A DNA stretch of 64,000 nt from an uncultured virus (IMG/VR IMGVR_UViG_2902975652_000003) (taxonomy: Duplodnaviria; Heunggongvirae; Uroviricota; Caudoviricetes), in IMG/VR virus record IMGVR_UViG_2902975652_000003, one strand, 5' to 3'. Below the pieces are notes generated by a model. That model made no database searches. It saw nothing but the letters and a program-made list of their open reading frames with translations, and was not told the origin of the DNA. Shown here one piece after another: positions 28,824 through 38,777 of this stretch (position 1 is its first letter; each line of letters begins with the position of its first letter). Both the position numbers and the translations under genes were made by a program.

Positions 28824-29228
28824 ATGAAAATGTATTTCTCACAAGCAACACAGGGCTTTTATGCGGAAGGAGTTTCGACACTTCCTGAGGATGCCCATGA
28901 AATTGATATTGCGGAATGGCAGTCACTGGTAGCCGGGCAGGCAGAGGGAAAGCGTATTGACTTTACCACGCTACCACCCCGCCTGAAGGAAAGGGAAATT
29001 ACCCGCGATGATGAAATCATGCTCGCCGAACAAAAGAGATCGCTGCTTATTGATAATGCCAACACAGTCATGAATAACAGTCAGTGGCCTGGCAAAGCGG
29101 CGCTGGGGCGGCTTAAGGATACTGAGCGGGTATCTTATGTAATGTGGCTGAATTATCTTGATGCCCTGCACGCCGTGGATATATCCAGAGCATCTGACAT
29201 AATCTGGCCTGAAAAGCCGGAAGTTTAG
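28824..29228 (+). CDS. gpG: Tail fibre assembly chaperone
   Basis: W..YLDAL..VD..IIWPEKP C-terminus. Confidence 0.88.
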   Translation: MKMYFSQATQGFYAEGVSTLPEDAHEIDIAEWQSLVAGQAEGKRIDFTTLPPRLKEREITRDDEIMLAEQKRSLLIDNANTVMNNSQWPGKAALGRLKDTERVSYVMWLNYLDALHAVDISRASDIIWPEKPEV

Positions 29229-29265
29229 GTTTCACCCCGCACCGGCAGGTTTTTTCCCCTTCCAT

Positions 29266-29283
29266 TGTGTCATTTCCCACACA
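29266..29283 (+). promoter_or_regulatory. Ogr binding site of late promoter pF
   Basis: TGT-gtcatttcccac-ACA upstream of FI. Confidence 0.75.
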
Positions 29284-29356
29284 CAGTCCGGTGCGTGCTT
29301 TGCCCGCTTAATATCCAGAACATAGGCACACCCCCTGTAACCGGAGAGACTGCCTT

Positions 29357-30529
29357 ATGGCTCAGGATTACCACCACGGGGTGCGCGTTGTTGAAGTCAA
29401 CGATGGCACCCGATCCATTTCCACGGTGAGCACCGCCATCGTGGGCATGATCTGCACCGGCGATGATGCCGATGCGTCCATGTTTCCCCTCAATAAGCCT
29501 GTTCTGCTGACTGACGTACTGACCGCCAGCGGCAAAGCAGGCGATTCCGGCACGCTGGCCCGCTCGCTGGATGCGATTGCCGACCAGGCAAAACCTGTGA
29601 CTGTTGTCGTGCGCGTGGCGCAGGGCGAAACCGAAGAAGAAACCACCTCCAATATTATCGGCGGCGTAACGGCTGAAGGGAAAAAGACGGGCATTAAAGC
29701 GCTGCTTTCTGCTCAGTCGCAGCTCGGCGTTAAGCCGCGCATTCTCGGTGTACCCGGGCATGATACGCAGGCGGTTGCCACTGAACTGCTCAATGTGGCG
29801 CAGAGCCTGCGCGGATTTGCCTACGTGTCCGCCTACGGCTGTAAAACGGTGGAGGAGACTATTGCCTACCGCGACAACTTCAGCCAGCGCGAAGGGATGC
29901 TGATCTGGCCTGACTTCATCAACTTTGACACCGTGCTGAATGCGGACGCAACGGCTTACGCCACCGCCCGTGCGCTCGGCCTGCGTGCCAAAATTGACGA
30001 GCAGACAGGCTGGCACAAAACCCTGTCCAACGTGGGCGTAAACGGCGTCACCGGCATTTCTGCAGATGTGTTCTGGGACCTGCAGGACCCGGCCACTGAT
30101 GCGGGCCTACTGAACCAGAACGACGTGACCACCCTGATCCGCAAAGATGGCTTCCGTTTCTGGGGCTCCCGCTGCCTCAGTGACGATCCGCTGTTTGCCT
30201 TTGAAAACTACACCCGCACGGCGCAGGTGCTGGCTGACACCATCGCTGAGGCGCATATGTGGGCGGTGGATAAGCCGCTTAACCCCTCGCTGGCCCGCGA
30301 CATTATCGAAGGTATTCGCGCCAAAATGCGCAGTCTGGTGAGCCAGGGCTATCTCATTGGTGCGGACTGCTGGCTGGATGAATCCGTGAACGATAAAGAC
30401 TCTCTGAAGGCCGGGAAGCTCACTATCGACTACGACTACACACCGGTGCCACCGCTGGAAAACCTGATGCTGCGCCAGCGCATCACCGATCAGTACCTGA
30501 TGAATTTTGCCAGCCAGGTCAGCGCATAA
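29357..30529 (+). CDS. gpFI: Tail sheath protein
   Basis: [24 protein letters not shown]. Confidence 0.96.
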   Translation: MAQDYHHGVRVVEVNDGTRSISTVSTAIVGMICTGDDADASMFPLNKPVLLTDVLTASGKAGDSGTLARSLDAIADQAKPVTVVVRVAQGETEEETTSNIIGGVTAEGKKTGIKALLSAQSQLGVKPRILGVPGHDTQAVATELLNVAQSLRGFAYVSAYGCKTVEETIAYRDNFSQREGMLIWPDFINFDTVLNADATAYATARALGLRAKIDEQTGWHKTLSNVGVNGVTGISADVFWDLQDPATDAGLLNQNDVTTLIRKDGFRFWGSRCLSDDPLFAFENYTRTAQVLADTIAEAHMWAVDKPLNPSLARDIIEGIRAKMRSLVSQGYLIGADCWLDESVNDKDSLKAGKLTIDYDYTPVPPLENLMLRQRITDQYLMNFASQVSA

Positions 30530-30538
30530 GGAGGCAGC

Positions 30539-31054
30539 ATGGCTTTACCACGCAAGTTAAAACACCTGAACCTGTTCAATGACGGGAACAACTGGCAGGG
30601 GATCGTTGAGTCACTAACCCTGCCGAAATTTACGCGCAAGTTTGAGAAGTATCGTGGCGGCGGTATGCCCGGTGCGGTGGATATCGATCTGGGGCTGGAT
30701 GACGCCGCGCTGGATACGGAATTTTCCATCGGCGGCACTGAACTGTTGTTATTCAAGCAGATGGGAGCTGCAACGGTGGACGGCATTCAGCTGCGCTTCA
30801 CCGGCTCCATTCAGCGTGACGACACCGGGGAAGTGCAGGCGGTAGAGCTGGTTGTGCGCGGACGCCACAAGGAACTGGATTCCGGCGAGTGGAAGACCGG
30901 CGAAAGCAACACCACCAAAGTCAGCAGCACCAACAGCTATGCGAAGCTGACCATCAACGGCGAAGTGCTCTATGAGGTGGATCTGGTCAACATGATTGAA
31001 ATCGTTGGCGGCACGGACCTGATGGAAGCGCACCGTAACGCCCTGGGCCTCTGA
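30539..31054 (+). CDS. gpFII: Tail tube protein
   Basis: MALPRKLK, YRGGGMPG. Confidence 0.96.
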   Translation: MALPRKLKHLNLFNDGNNWQGIVESLTLPKFTRKFEKYRGGGMPGAVDIDLGLDDAALDTEFSIGGTELLLFKQMGAATVDGIQLRFTGSIQRDDTGEVQAVELVVRGRHKELDSGEWKTGESNTTKVSSTNSYAKLTINGEVLYEVDLVNMIEIVGGTDLMEAHRNALGL

Positions 31055-31108
31055 TTAACCTTATCGGCGCGGGCAACCGCGCCAGTGACCTCTTAACAGG
31101 AAAAGAAC

Positions 31109-31411
31109 ATGAGCGATAACCTGACTGAAAAGACCGTACAGCTGGACACCCCTATCAAACGCGGTAAAACCGAAATCACAGAGATTGTGCTGCGCAAACC
31201 GCAATCCGGCGCGCTGCGTGGCACCCGCCTGCAGGCCATTATGGATATGGACGTGGGCGCAATGATGACCGTCATTCCGCGTATCTCCACACCGACCCTG
31301 ACGGCGCAGGAAATGGCAGAGCTGGACCCTGCCGATCTCACCGCGCTGTCCGTTGAGGTGGTGACTTTTTTGTTGAAGAAGTCGGTGCTTGCCGGTTTAC
31401 CGACAGCCTGA
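31109..31411 (+). CDS. gpE: Tail assembly chaperone E
   Basis: LDTPIKRG..LRKPQSGALRG; slippery TTTTTTG at 31366-31372. Confidence 0.92.
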   Translation: MSDNLTEKTVQLDTPIKRGKTEITEIVLRKPQSGALRGTRLQAIMDMDVGAMMTVIPRISTPTLTAQEMAELDPADLTALSVEVVTFLLKKSVLAGLPTA

Positions 31412-31545
31412 CGGTTGACGATCTGGTGGCAGATATCGCCACCATTTTTCACTGGCCGCCGTCCGTCACTGACGTTATGCCGCTGACCGAAGTGCTGGAG
31501 TGGCGGCATAAAGCGATTCAGAGAAGCGGGGCCAGCGATGAGTGA
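31366..31545 (+). CDS. gpE': E' extension reached by programmed -1 frameshift
   Basis: -1 frame reads ..VADIATIFHWPPS..LEWRHKA..DE stop 31545. Confidence 0.85.
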   Translation, partial: FFVEEVGACRFTDSLTVDDLVADIATIFHWPPSVTDVMPLTEVLEWRHKAIQRSGASDE

Positions 31546-34500
31546 CACTAACCTGCGCCTGCAGGTGATTCTAAATGCGGTTGATAAGCTCACCCGCCCA
31601 TTCCGTTCTGCGCAGGCCAGCTCAAAGGAGCTGGCTACCGCCATTCAACAGAGCCGCGCCAGGCTGAAAGAGTTAGACGCTCAGGCGGGCAAAATTGATG
31701 GCTTTCGTAAATCCAGCGCGCAGCTGGCAATCACCGGTAATAACCTCAAAGCCGCGCGCGAAGAAGCGGCCAGGCTCGCCACGCAGTTTACCAGTACAAA
31801 CCGCCCGACGGCGGCGCAGGCCCGTCTGCTTGAGCAGGCGAAAAACCGCGTTTCGGAACTTCAGTCCAAATACAACGGCCTGCGGCAGTCGGTCCAGAAG
31901 CAACGCCTTGCGCTGAATGAGGCCGGGCTTGATACCCGTAAGCTCAGCAGCGCCCAGCGCGAGCTGCGCCAGAACGCCGACGAAACCCGGCAGGCGCTGG
32001 ACCGTCAGCAGAAATCCCTTAAACGGCTCGGTGAGCAGCAGGCCAGGGTAAATGCTGTCAGGGAGCGGTATTCCCGGAGCCTTGAAGTGCGGGATCGCAT
32101 CGCCGGGGCTGGGGCCACAACCTCAGCGGCAGGGCTGGCAATGGGGGCGCCGGTCGCGGCAGCAGTGAAAAGCTATGCCAGTATGGAAGACGCCATGAAA
32201 GGCGTGGCAAAGCAGGTTAACGGTCTGCGGGATGATAACGGCAACCGTACTAAGCAGTTTTATGACATGCAGGCCGCTATCAAGGCTGCCAGCGAACAGC
32301 TGCCGATGGAGAATGGCGCTATCGACTATGCCGCACTGGTAGAAGGTGGCGCGCGCATGGGCGTGACCAATCAGGACGATCCCTACGAAGACCAGAAACG
32401 TGACCTGCTGGCCTTTGCCAGTACGGCGGCCAAAGCGGCCACGGCGTTTGAACTGCCCGCCGATGAACTGGCTGAAGGGCTGGGTAAAATCGCCAGCCTT
32501 TACAAGGTGCCGACCCGCAATATCGAGCAGCTGGGCGATGCGCTGAACTACCTGGACGATAACGCTATGTCTAAGGGCGCGGACATTATTGACGTGCTGC
32601 AGCGTATGGGGGGCGTGGCTGACCGCCTGGACTTTCGTAAGGCGGCGGCGCTTGGCTCCACATTCCTGTCATTAGGTGCGGCGCCGGAAATTGCCGCCAG
32701 TGCATCAAACGCCATGGTGCGCGAGCTGTCCATTGCCACCATGCAAAGTGACCGCTTTATGGATGGCATGGATATGCTGAAGCTCAAGCCCAGAGAGCTT
32801 GAAAAGCAGATGGCGAAGGATGCCATGGGCACCATTCTGCGGGTAATGGAGAAGGTGCAGAAGCTGCCGCAGGACAAGCGCCTGTCCGCCATGACGATGC
32901 TTTTCGGCAAGGAGTTTGGCGACGATGCCGCAAAGCTGGCTAACAACCTGCCGGAACTGCGCCGCCAGCTGCAGCTCACAGCCGGAAATAGTGCAAACGG
33001 CTCGATGCAGAAAGAGTCCGACATTAACAAGGATTCGCTTTCTGCGCAGTGGATGCTGGTAAAAGCGGGTGCGCAGAACGCCTTCAGCAGCCTGGGCGAA
33101 ACGCTGCGCCAGCCGCTGATGGATATCATGGATTACGTCAAAAGCGTAACGGGTGGGCTGCGGCGCTGGATAGAAACCAACCCGGAGCTGGCAGGCACGC
33201 TGATGAAAGTTGCCGCCGCCACCGCCGCAATCACGCTGGCGCTGGGCACGCTGGCCGTTGCAGTGGCAGCGGTGCTGGGGCCGATTGCCGTGATCCGGTT
33301 TGGTTTGTCCATGCTGGGCGTAAAAACGCTTCCGTCCGTATTCACTGCAGTTACGCGCACCGGCAGCGCGCTGTCCTGGCTGGCAAATGCACCGCTTTCC
33401 GTGCTACGTCGCGGGATGGCTTCAGCTGGCGGTGGCGCAAGTTTGCTGACTGCTCCGCTGAATGCGCTGCGGCGTTCCGCCGGGGTGGCGGGCAATGCAC
33501 TAAAGACGTTAGCCAGTGCCCCGCTTAACCTGTTACGCGCCGGAATGACGGGTATTCGTAATGTTGTAGGTATGGTGATGAACCCCCTGGCAGCATTACG
33601 GGGCGGGTTATCCGCCGCCGGTGGCGTGCTGCGCTTCCTGGTGTCCGGCCCGCTGGCATTACTTCGCGTTGCGCTTTATGGAGTTTCTGGCCTGCTGGGC
33701 GCGCTGCTAAGCCCGATAGGGCTGGTTGTGGCTGCGCTGGCTGGTGTGGCACTGGTTGTCTGGAAATACTGGCAGCCTATCAGCGCATTTCTGGGGGGCG
33801 TGGTGGAGGGGTTTAAAGCTGCCGCAGGGCCAATCAGTGAAGCGTTTGAGCCCCTGCGCCCGGTGTTTGAGTGGATTGGCGATAAGGTCAGGGCACTCTG
33901 GGGATGGTTTGGCGACCTGCTGACGCCGGTCAAATCCACGGCTGCCGAACTGAATAACGCGGCCTCTATGGGGCGGCGGTTCGGTGAGGCCCTGGCCGAA
34001 GGCTTGAACATGGTCATGCACCCGCTGGAGTCGCTTAAAACTGGCGTGTCGTGGCTGCTTGAAAAGCTCGGCATCGTCAGCAAAGAGGCGGCAAAGGCGA
34101 AGCTGCCGGAGCAGGTGGTGAAGCAGCACCCCGCCACGGTGAACGGCGACGGGAAAGTGGTGCTGCCGCCCGGCGGCTTCCCCATGATGGGGTTTGCTGG
34201 CATGTATGACGACGGCGGCGCCATCCCGCGCGGCCAGTTTGGCGTTGTCGGTGAGAATGGCCCCGAAATCGTGAACGGCCCGGCAAACGTGACCAGCAGG
34301 CGGCGCACGGCGGCGCTGGCTTCGGTTGTGGCCGGAACCCTGGGCATGGCGGCGGCACCTGCAGAAGCTGCGCCCCTGCATCCGTTCAGCCTTCCCGCCA
34401 TGGCATATCAACAGAGCCAGCCCGCGAAGACTGACCGCGCACCCGCAGTGATGCACTTTGAGACGCACGCGCCGATCACGATTTATGCGCAGCCAGGGCA

Positions 34501-34612
34501 GAACCCGCAGGATATTGCGCGTGAAGTTGCCCGCCAGCTCGACGAGCGCGAACGCCGCACCCGCGCGAAGGCGCGCAGCAACTACAGTGACCAGGGGGGA
34601 TATGACGCATGA
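31538..34612 (+). CDS. gpT: Tail tape measure protein
   Basis: 1024 aa, Ala/Leu-rich; synteny. Confidence 0.95.
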   Translation: MSDTNLRLQVILNAVDKLTRPFRSAQASSKELATAIQQSRARLKELDAQAGKIDGFRKSSAQLAITGNNLKAAREEAARLATQFTSTNRPTAAQARLLEQAKNRVSELQSKYNGLRQSVQKQRLALNEAGLDTRKLSSAQRELRQNADETRQALDRQQKSLKRLGEQQARVNAVRERYSRSLEVRDRIAGAGATTSAAGLAMGAPVAAAVKSYASMEDAMKGVAKQVNGLRDDNGNRTKQFYDMQAAIKAASEQLPMENGAIDYAALVEGGARMGVTNQDDPYEDQKRDLLAFASTAAKAATAFELPADELAEGLGKIASLYKVPTRNIEQLGDALNYLDDNAMSKGADIIDVLQRMGGVADRLDFRKAAALGSTFLSLGAAPEIAASASNAMVRELSIATMQSDRFMDGMDMLKLKPRELEKQMAKDAMGTILRVMEKVQKLPQDKRLSAMTMLFGKEFGDDAAKLANNLPELRRQLQLTAGNSANGSMQKESDINKDSLSAQWMLVKAGAQNAFSSLGETLRQPLMDIMDYVKSVTGGLRRWIETNPELAGTLMKVAAATAAITLALGTLAVAVAAVLGPIAVIRFGLSMLGVKTLPSVFTAVTRTGSALSWLANAPLSVLRRGMASAGGGASLLTAPLNALRRSAGVAGNALKTLASAPLNLLRAGMTGIRNVVGMVMNPLAALRGGLSAAGGVLRFLVSGPLALLRVALYGVSGLLGALLSPIGLVVAALAGVALVVWKYWQPISAFLGGVVEGFKAAAGPISEAFEPLRPVFEWIGDKVRALWGWFGDLLTPVKSTAAELNNAASMGRRFGEALAEGLNMVMHPLESLKTGVSWLLEKLGIVSKEAAKAKLPEQVVKQHPATVNGDGKVVLPPGGFPMMGFAGMYDDGGAIPRGQFGVVGENGPEIVNGPANVTSRRRTAALASVVAGTLGMAAAPAEAAPLHPFSLPAMAYQQSQPAKTDRAPAVMHFETHAPITIYAQPGQNPQDIAREVARQLDERERRTRAKARSNYSDQGGYDA

Positions 34613-35094
34613 TGATGGTGCTGGGGTTATACGTTTTCATGCTGCGCACGGTGCCGTATCAGGAGCTGCAGTATCAGCGCAGCTGGCGGCACGCGGTTAA
34701 CAGCCGCGTTAATCGCCGCCCGTCAACGCAGTTTCTTGGCCCGGACAACGACTCGCTGACGCTTTCCGGCGTGCTGCTGCCGGAAATCACCGGCGGCAGG
34801 CTGTCCCTGCTGGCGTTGGAGCAGATGGCAGAGCAGGGCAAGGCTTGGCCCCTGATTGAGGGCAGCGGGACGATTTACGGCATGTTTGTGATCGAGAGCC
34901 TGGGCCAGACAAAGACGGAGTTTTTCGAAAGCGGGATGCCGCGGCGGATTGAGTTCACGCTGACGCTCAAGCGGGTGGATGAATCGCTGTCTGAAATGTT
35001 TGGCAGCCTGAGTGACCAGCTCAGCAACCTGAAAGACACCGCAACGTCTGCGATAGGAGATATTCAAAATACGGTTGGAGGGCTACTGCAGTGA
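34609..35094 (+). CDS. gpU: Tail protein U
   Basis: MMMVLGLYVF..QFLGP..LSGVL. Confidence 0.93.
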   Translation: MMMVLGLYVFMLRTVPYQELQYQRSWRHAVNSRVNRRPSTQFLGPDNDSLTLSGVLLPEITGGRLSLLALEQMAEQGKAWPLIEGSGTIYGMFVIESLGQTKTEFFESGMPRRIEFTLTLKRVDESLSEMFGSLSDQLSNLKDTATSAIGDIQNTVGGLLQ

Positions 35095-36194
35095 ATTTTA
35101 GTTCTGAACTCCTGAGCCTGTACGGCAGAAGTCCGGGCTTCAGTATTGTGATCGAAGGCAAGGACGTTACAACCGTGCTGGATAACCGCCTGATGGGTGT
35201 CACGCTCACTGACAACCGGGGCTTTGAAGCGGACCAGCTTGATCTGGAACTGGACGACGCGGACGGGCAGATTGTCCTGCCGCGTCGCGGTGCGGTCATT
35301 CAGTTTGCGCTGGGGTGGGAAGGGCAGCCGCTTTTCCCTAAAGGCTCGTTTACAGTGGATGAAATTGAACACAGCGGCGCCCCTGATCGCCTCACCATCC
35401 GTGCCCGCAGTGCTGATTTCCGCGCAACCCTGAATATCCGCCGTGAGAAGTCCTGGCATCAGACAACCGTGGGGGAGGTTGTCAGGGATATCGCGGCCCG
35501 CCATAACCTGAAAATGGCTATCGGGCAGGACCTGGCTGACAGGCCGCTGGATCACCTGGACCAGACAAATGAAAGTGACGCGAGTTTTCTGATGAAACTG
35601 GCGCGGCAGTACGGGGCTATAGCATCCGTCAAAGACGGCAACCTGCTGTTTATCCGGCAGGGCCAGGGGCGAACGGCAAGCGGTAAGCCGTTGCCGGTAG
35701 TGACCATCACCCGAAAGGACGGTGACGGGCACCGCTTTACTCTGGCAGACCGTGGCGCTTATACCGGGGTGATTGCCAGCTGGCTGCACACTCGCGAGCC
35801 AAAGAAAAAAGAAGTGACGAAAGTTAAGCGCCGGCGCCGGAAGAAAACCGCAAAACCAAAGGAGCCGGAGGCTAAGCAGGGGGACTACCTGGTGGGGACG
35901 GATGAAAACGTGCTGGTACTTAACCGGACCTACGCAAACAGGGCTAATGCTGAACGGGCGGCAAAGATGCAGTGGGAACGGCTGCAGCGCGGGGTGGCGT
36001 CCTTCTCGCTGCAGCTCGCAGAGGGCCGGGCCGATCTCTATACGGAAATGCCGGTAAAGGTCAGCGGCTTTAAACAGCCAATAGATGATGCGAAATGGAC
36101 CATAACCACGCTGACCCACACTATCGGCCCGGATAACGGCTTTGTTACCAGCCTTGAGCTTGAAGTGAAAATAGATGATCTCGAAATGGAATGA
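35091..36194 (+). CDS. gpD: Baseplate hub / late control D
   Basis: DNRGFEADQL, QTNESDASF. Confidence 0.94.
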   Translation: MNFSSELLSLYGRSPGFSIVIEGKDVTTVLDNRLMGVTLTDNRGFEADQLDLELDDADGQIVLPRRGAVIQFALGWEGQPLFPKGSFTVDEIEHSGAPDRLTIRARSADFRATLNIRREKSWHQTTVGEVVRDIAARHNLKMAIGQDLADRPLDHLDQTNESDASFLMKLARQYGAIASVKDGNLLFIRQGQGRTASGKPLPVVTITRKDGDGHRFTLADRGAYTGVIASWLHTREPKKKEVTKVKRRRRKKTAKPKEPEAKQGDYLVGTDENVLVLNRTYANRANAERAAKMQWERLQRGVASFSLQLAEGRADLYTEMPVKVSGFKQPIDDAKWTITTLTHTIGPDNGFVTSLELEVKIDDLEME

Positions 36195-36262
36195 TTGGTT
36201 CTCATTATTGAATAATGGTGTATCATTATTGCGATATCAGCAAAGGTGAGGGGGAAACTATA

Positions 36263-36478
36263 ATGATGAACTGCCCATTATGCGGACTGGCAGCACATAC
36301 CCGCAGCAGTTTTCAGGTGTCCAGCGAAACTAAGGAACGCTATAACCAGTGCACTAATATCGAGTGCGGCCATACATTCGTAACGCATGAAACATTTGTT
36401 CGCTCAGTGTGCCGCCCTCAAAAAATCAGCGCAGCCCCACCTCACCCAAAAGGCATGCAGGAACAATTTGCATACTAA
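36263..36478 (+). CDS. ogr: Ogr/B late transcription activator
   Basis: CPLC..AHTRSS..YNQCTNIECGHTF zinc finger. Confidence 0.93.
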   Translation: MMNCPLCGLAAHTRSSFQVSSETKERYNQCTNIECGHTFVTHETFVRSVCRPQKISAAPPHPKGMQEQFAY

Positions 36479-36499
36479 CCCGCTAAGGCGGGTTTTTTT
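36477..36499 (+). terminator. Intrinsic terminator after ogr
   Basis: AACCCGC-taag-GCGGGTT followed by T-run. Confidence 0.8.
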
Positions 36500-36527
36500 A
36501 TGCCTGCCATCGCCACAACCAAAACGC

Positions 36528-36548
36528 CGTCGCCATTTTGCCGCCACT
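36528..36548. promoter_or_regulatory. Integrase arm-type sites, prophage 1 right arm
   Basis: CGTCGCCATT and TGCCGCCACT with 11-bp period; third copy CATCGCCACA at 36508. Confidence 0.7.
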
Positions 36549-36553
36549 GGCAT

Positions 36554-36585
36554 AAAAAAAGGGGCTACGCTTTCACGTAACCCCT
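36554..36585 (-). terminator. Phage-supplied terminator for ssrA 3' end
   Basis: Minus strand AGGGGTTACG..CGTAGCCCC-TTTTTTT just after the CCA end. Confidence 0.75.
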
Positions 36586-36594
36586 TGTTTTATT

Positions 36595-36639
36595 TGGTGG
36601 AGCTGGCGGGAGTTGAACCCGCGTCCGAAATTCCTACAT
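36595..36639 (-). repeat. ssrA: Shared att junction between the two prophages; tmRNA 3' fragment with intact CCA
   Basis: Reverse complement ATGTAGGAATTTCGGACGCGGGTTCAACTCCCGCCAGCTCCACCA. Confidence 0.94.
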
Positions 36640-36750
36640 TCTTCTGGACGATTAAGAAAAACAAAGGTTTATCTTCTAAATCAGCTATTTATATGACAAT
36701 GGTTAACAAGCGTAACCAACGGTTAAAGTGTTCGGTGGACAAAATGTGGA

Positions 36751-37767
36751 TCACATGTCCAAAGCTGACAAGGGATTTTTGGTTACCGCGTCCTCAAGAT
36801 GTGTGGGCGCAAAGTGAGCGTATATCATTGTCATTTTGATGTCAGAGTGGCCGAGAATGTCTTTCAAAACTAATATATTGCCGCCATTCATCATAAAGTG
36901 GCTGGCAAAGGTATGTCGTAGCACATGTGTACACTGACCTTCCGGTAAATCGATTCCGGCTTTTTGTACGACTCGCTCAAAAGTTTTTCTGCATGGAGTA
37001 AATAAGCGTCCACGCTTTTTGGGTATTTCATTATAAAGCTTTTCAGAAATGGGTACGGAGCGGACTTTTTTATTTTTCGTATTGCGGTATGTAATTCTAT
37101 ATGGAGTAACCTGAGCGCCTTCGAGATTTTCGGCCTCGCTCCATCGCGCCCCAGTTGCTAAGCATATTTTAGCAACCAATAATACGCTTGAACTATTAGA
37201 CTCATTGAGATATTCAAGCAATGTCTTGATTTCGGCTGGATATAAAAACGAAACCATTTTTTCATCCACTTTAAAAGTCGGAATGCCAGCCAACGGGTTA
37301 GGGTGTTGCCAGTGCCCTAATTTTTTTAGTGTGCCAAATACGGCAGATAAGTTTCGCTGCTCATGGTTGACTGTTTGCGGTTGGATTGGCATACAACGGC
37401 CTGTAATATCAGGTATTTCGCCTTTAAGACGCCCCTCGCGATATTCACTAAAATCTGCTGCCGTTATGCTAGAAGCGATGGGATCACCCATCCCCGCACA
37501 AATAGCTTTAAGTTTTGACATCATTCGGTTTGAATCAGACAGCGTTCTACCGTAAAGGTCATACCACAAATTAATCAAATCTGATAAGCGTCTATTATCC
37601 TGCTTTTCGCCTAGCCACGGCTTATCCTCTAATTCAGCATTAATGAATTTTTCATAGGCCAGTGCTTCACCTTTAGTGACAAATTTCTTTCTTATCCGCT
37701 TCCCTTTAACGCCATTAGGGCGCAAGTCGCATAGCCATTCGCCAGAATCAAGCTTTCTAACAGTCAT
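36751..37767 (-). CDS. int: Tyrosine integrase
   Basis: TGARWSE, HVLRH, LGHSDIKMTMIY; close paralogue of 5021-6040. Confidence 0.97.
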   Translation of the reverse strand: MTVRKLDSGEWLCDLRPNGVKGKRIRKKFVTKGEALAYEKFINAELEDKPWLGEKQDNRRLSDLINLWYDLYGRTLSDSNRMMSKLKAICAGMGDPIASSITAADFSEYREGRLKGEIPDITGRCMPIQPQTVNHEQRNLSAVFGTLKKLGHWQHPNPLAGIPTFKVDEKMVSFLYPAEIKTLLEYLNESNSSSVLLVAKICLATGARWSEAENLEGAQVTPYRITYRNTKNKKVRSVPISEKLYNEIPKKRGRLFTPCRKTFERVVQKAGIDLPEGQCTHVLRHTFASHFMMNGGNILVLKDILGHSDIKMTMIYAHFAPTHLEDAVTKNPLSALDM

Positions 37768-38342
37768 TACTCGGTTACCATATAAATCGCTACAACCTTA
37801 CCCAGTAAATTCACGTCTGCGACTTCACAGTCTATAGGGTATTTGCCCCAGTCAATTCTGAGCTTGTTACCTGGTAAGAGCGAAACATCCTTAACGCTTT
37901 TTGCGCCAGAGTATTCAATTAAGAATCGTCCATCCGTGACTTGATAGTCTGCAATATCAACAAAATACTTTGTTTTCACATCTGTAATGATTTGTAGTTC
38001 GCCTTTGTAGTCAGGAAGCATGGCCTTATCACAGATGAACGATGCCTGGCGAAGCATATCCCCACCTTCGATTTTATAAGCAGAAACGCGCTTTGTATCA
38101 CTCGCTACTGGGTCAAATTTGACGCCTTCACCATTAGTCAGCCAGTAAATAGAAGCCCCTGTTTCTAAAGCACAAAGTAAGACTAAATCAGCCGGGAAAT
38201 TGTCTCTCATTATGCGCGTGCTAAGTGCGCTTGCCGACATGCCCAAGTAATTCGAAAGCTGTAGACGTGATGTGAATCCGTATGCCTCGCAGATGCGCTC
38301 TACTGCTTCACGTGCACCAGTTTTGATGTTGTAAGTTGTCAT
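37767..38342 (-). CDS. cI: 186-type CI repressor
   Basis: GAREAVERICEAYG..RDNFP..ETGASIYWL. Confidence 0.9.
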   Translation of the reverse strand: MTTYNIKTGAREAVERICEAYGFTSRLQLSNYLGMSASALSTRIMRDNFPADLVLLCALETGASIYWLTNGEGVKFDPVASDTKRVSAYKIEGGDMLRQASFICDKAMLPDYKGELQIITDVKTKYFVDIADYQVTDGRFLIEYSGAKSVKDVSLLPGNKLRIDWGKYPIDCEVADVNLLGKVVAIYMVTE

Positions 38343-38360
38343 GTTTGTAGTTCGCAATGG

Positions 38361-38389
38361 TTGACAAACGACAATATCAGCAATAGTCT
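38361..38389 (+). promoter_or_regulatory. Early lytic sigma70 promoter
   Basis: TTGACA-17bp-TAGTCT. Confidence 0.72.
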
Positions 38390-38492
38390 TTGCATTGTTT
38401 CGTATGTAGACATCTGATTGTGTCGAATGTAGTTAGTTAACAATCGTTGCCACTGGATTACAAAGGTGACAACAAATAGGAGATTTTGCCTT

Positions 38493-38723
38493 ATGCATGT
38501 AAGCGCTGCAACAGACAAAGCTAAACGCCCAGTGATGGGTGTAAGCAGTACCAAAGATAACGATGCACGATGGATTCCTCTCAAAACTTTTTGTGAGCGC
38601 GTAGGCATTAGCGTTCGCACGGGCCGTTACTGGAACCAAATCGGACGCATAAGGATTCGACCAAAAGTGAAGCCAAAGGATCATGTGTGGGTTGATTGGT
38701 ACGCATGGCTAGAAGGCAAGTAA
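38493..38723 (+). CDS. cox: Cox/Apl-like protein
   Basis: WIPLKTFCERVGIS..IRPK..VWVD; SD AGGAG; divergent from cI. Confidence 0.75.
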   Translation: MHVSAATDKAKRPVMGVSSTKDNDARWIPLKTFCERVGISVRTGRYWNQIGRIRIRPKVKPKDHVWVDWYAWLEGK

Positions 38724-38777
38724 TTGTCACGTTTGGTTAACATGCATTGAAGGCTAACAGTTAGGAAACAGTGATTC

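Larger units (their letters stand above)
3319..36639. mobile_element. Prophage 1: complete P2-family (Fels-2/SopEphi/186-like) prophage at ssrA
   Basis: Flanking 38-bp direct repeats; int-cI-cox-cII-dam-A and full Q..D-ogr late gene order. Confidence 0.96.

Noticed and set aside
33360..33720. Periodic PL..LR.G repeats in tape measure
   Set aside because: Normal helical repeats of tape-measure proteins
36387..36839. 150-aa ORF spanning the att junction
   Set aside because: Crosses terminators and the tmRNA fragment (VELAGVEPAS is the typical antisense translation of an RNA gene end)
36701..38764. Recurrent GTTAACA/CTAACA motifs near att and switch of prophage 2 as operators
   Set aside because: Too short and degenerate to distinguish from AT-rich background by eye
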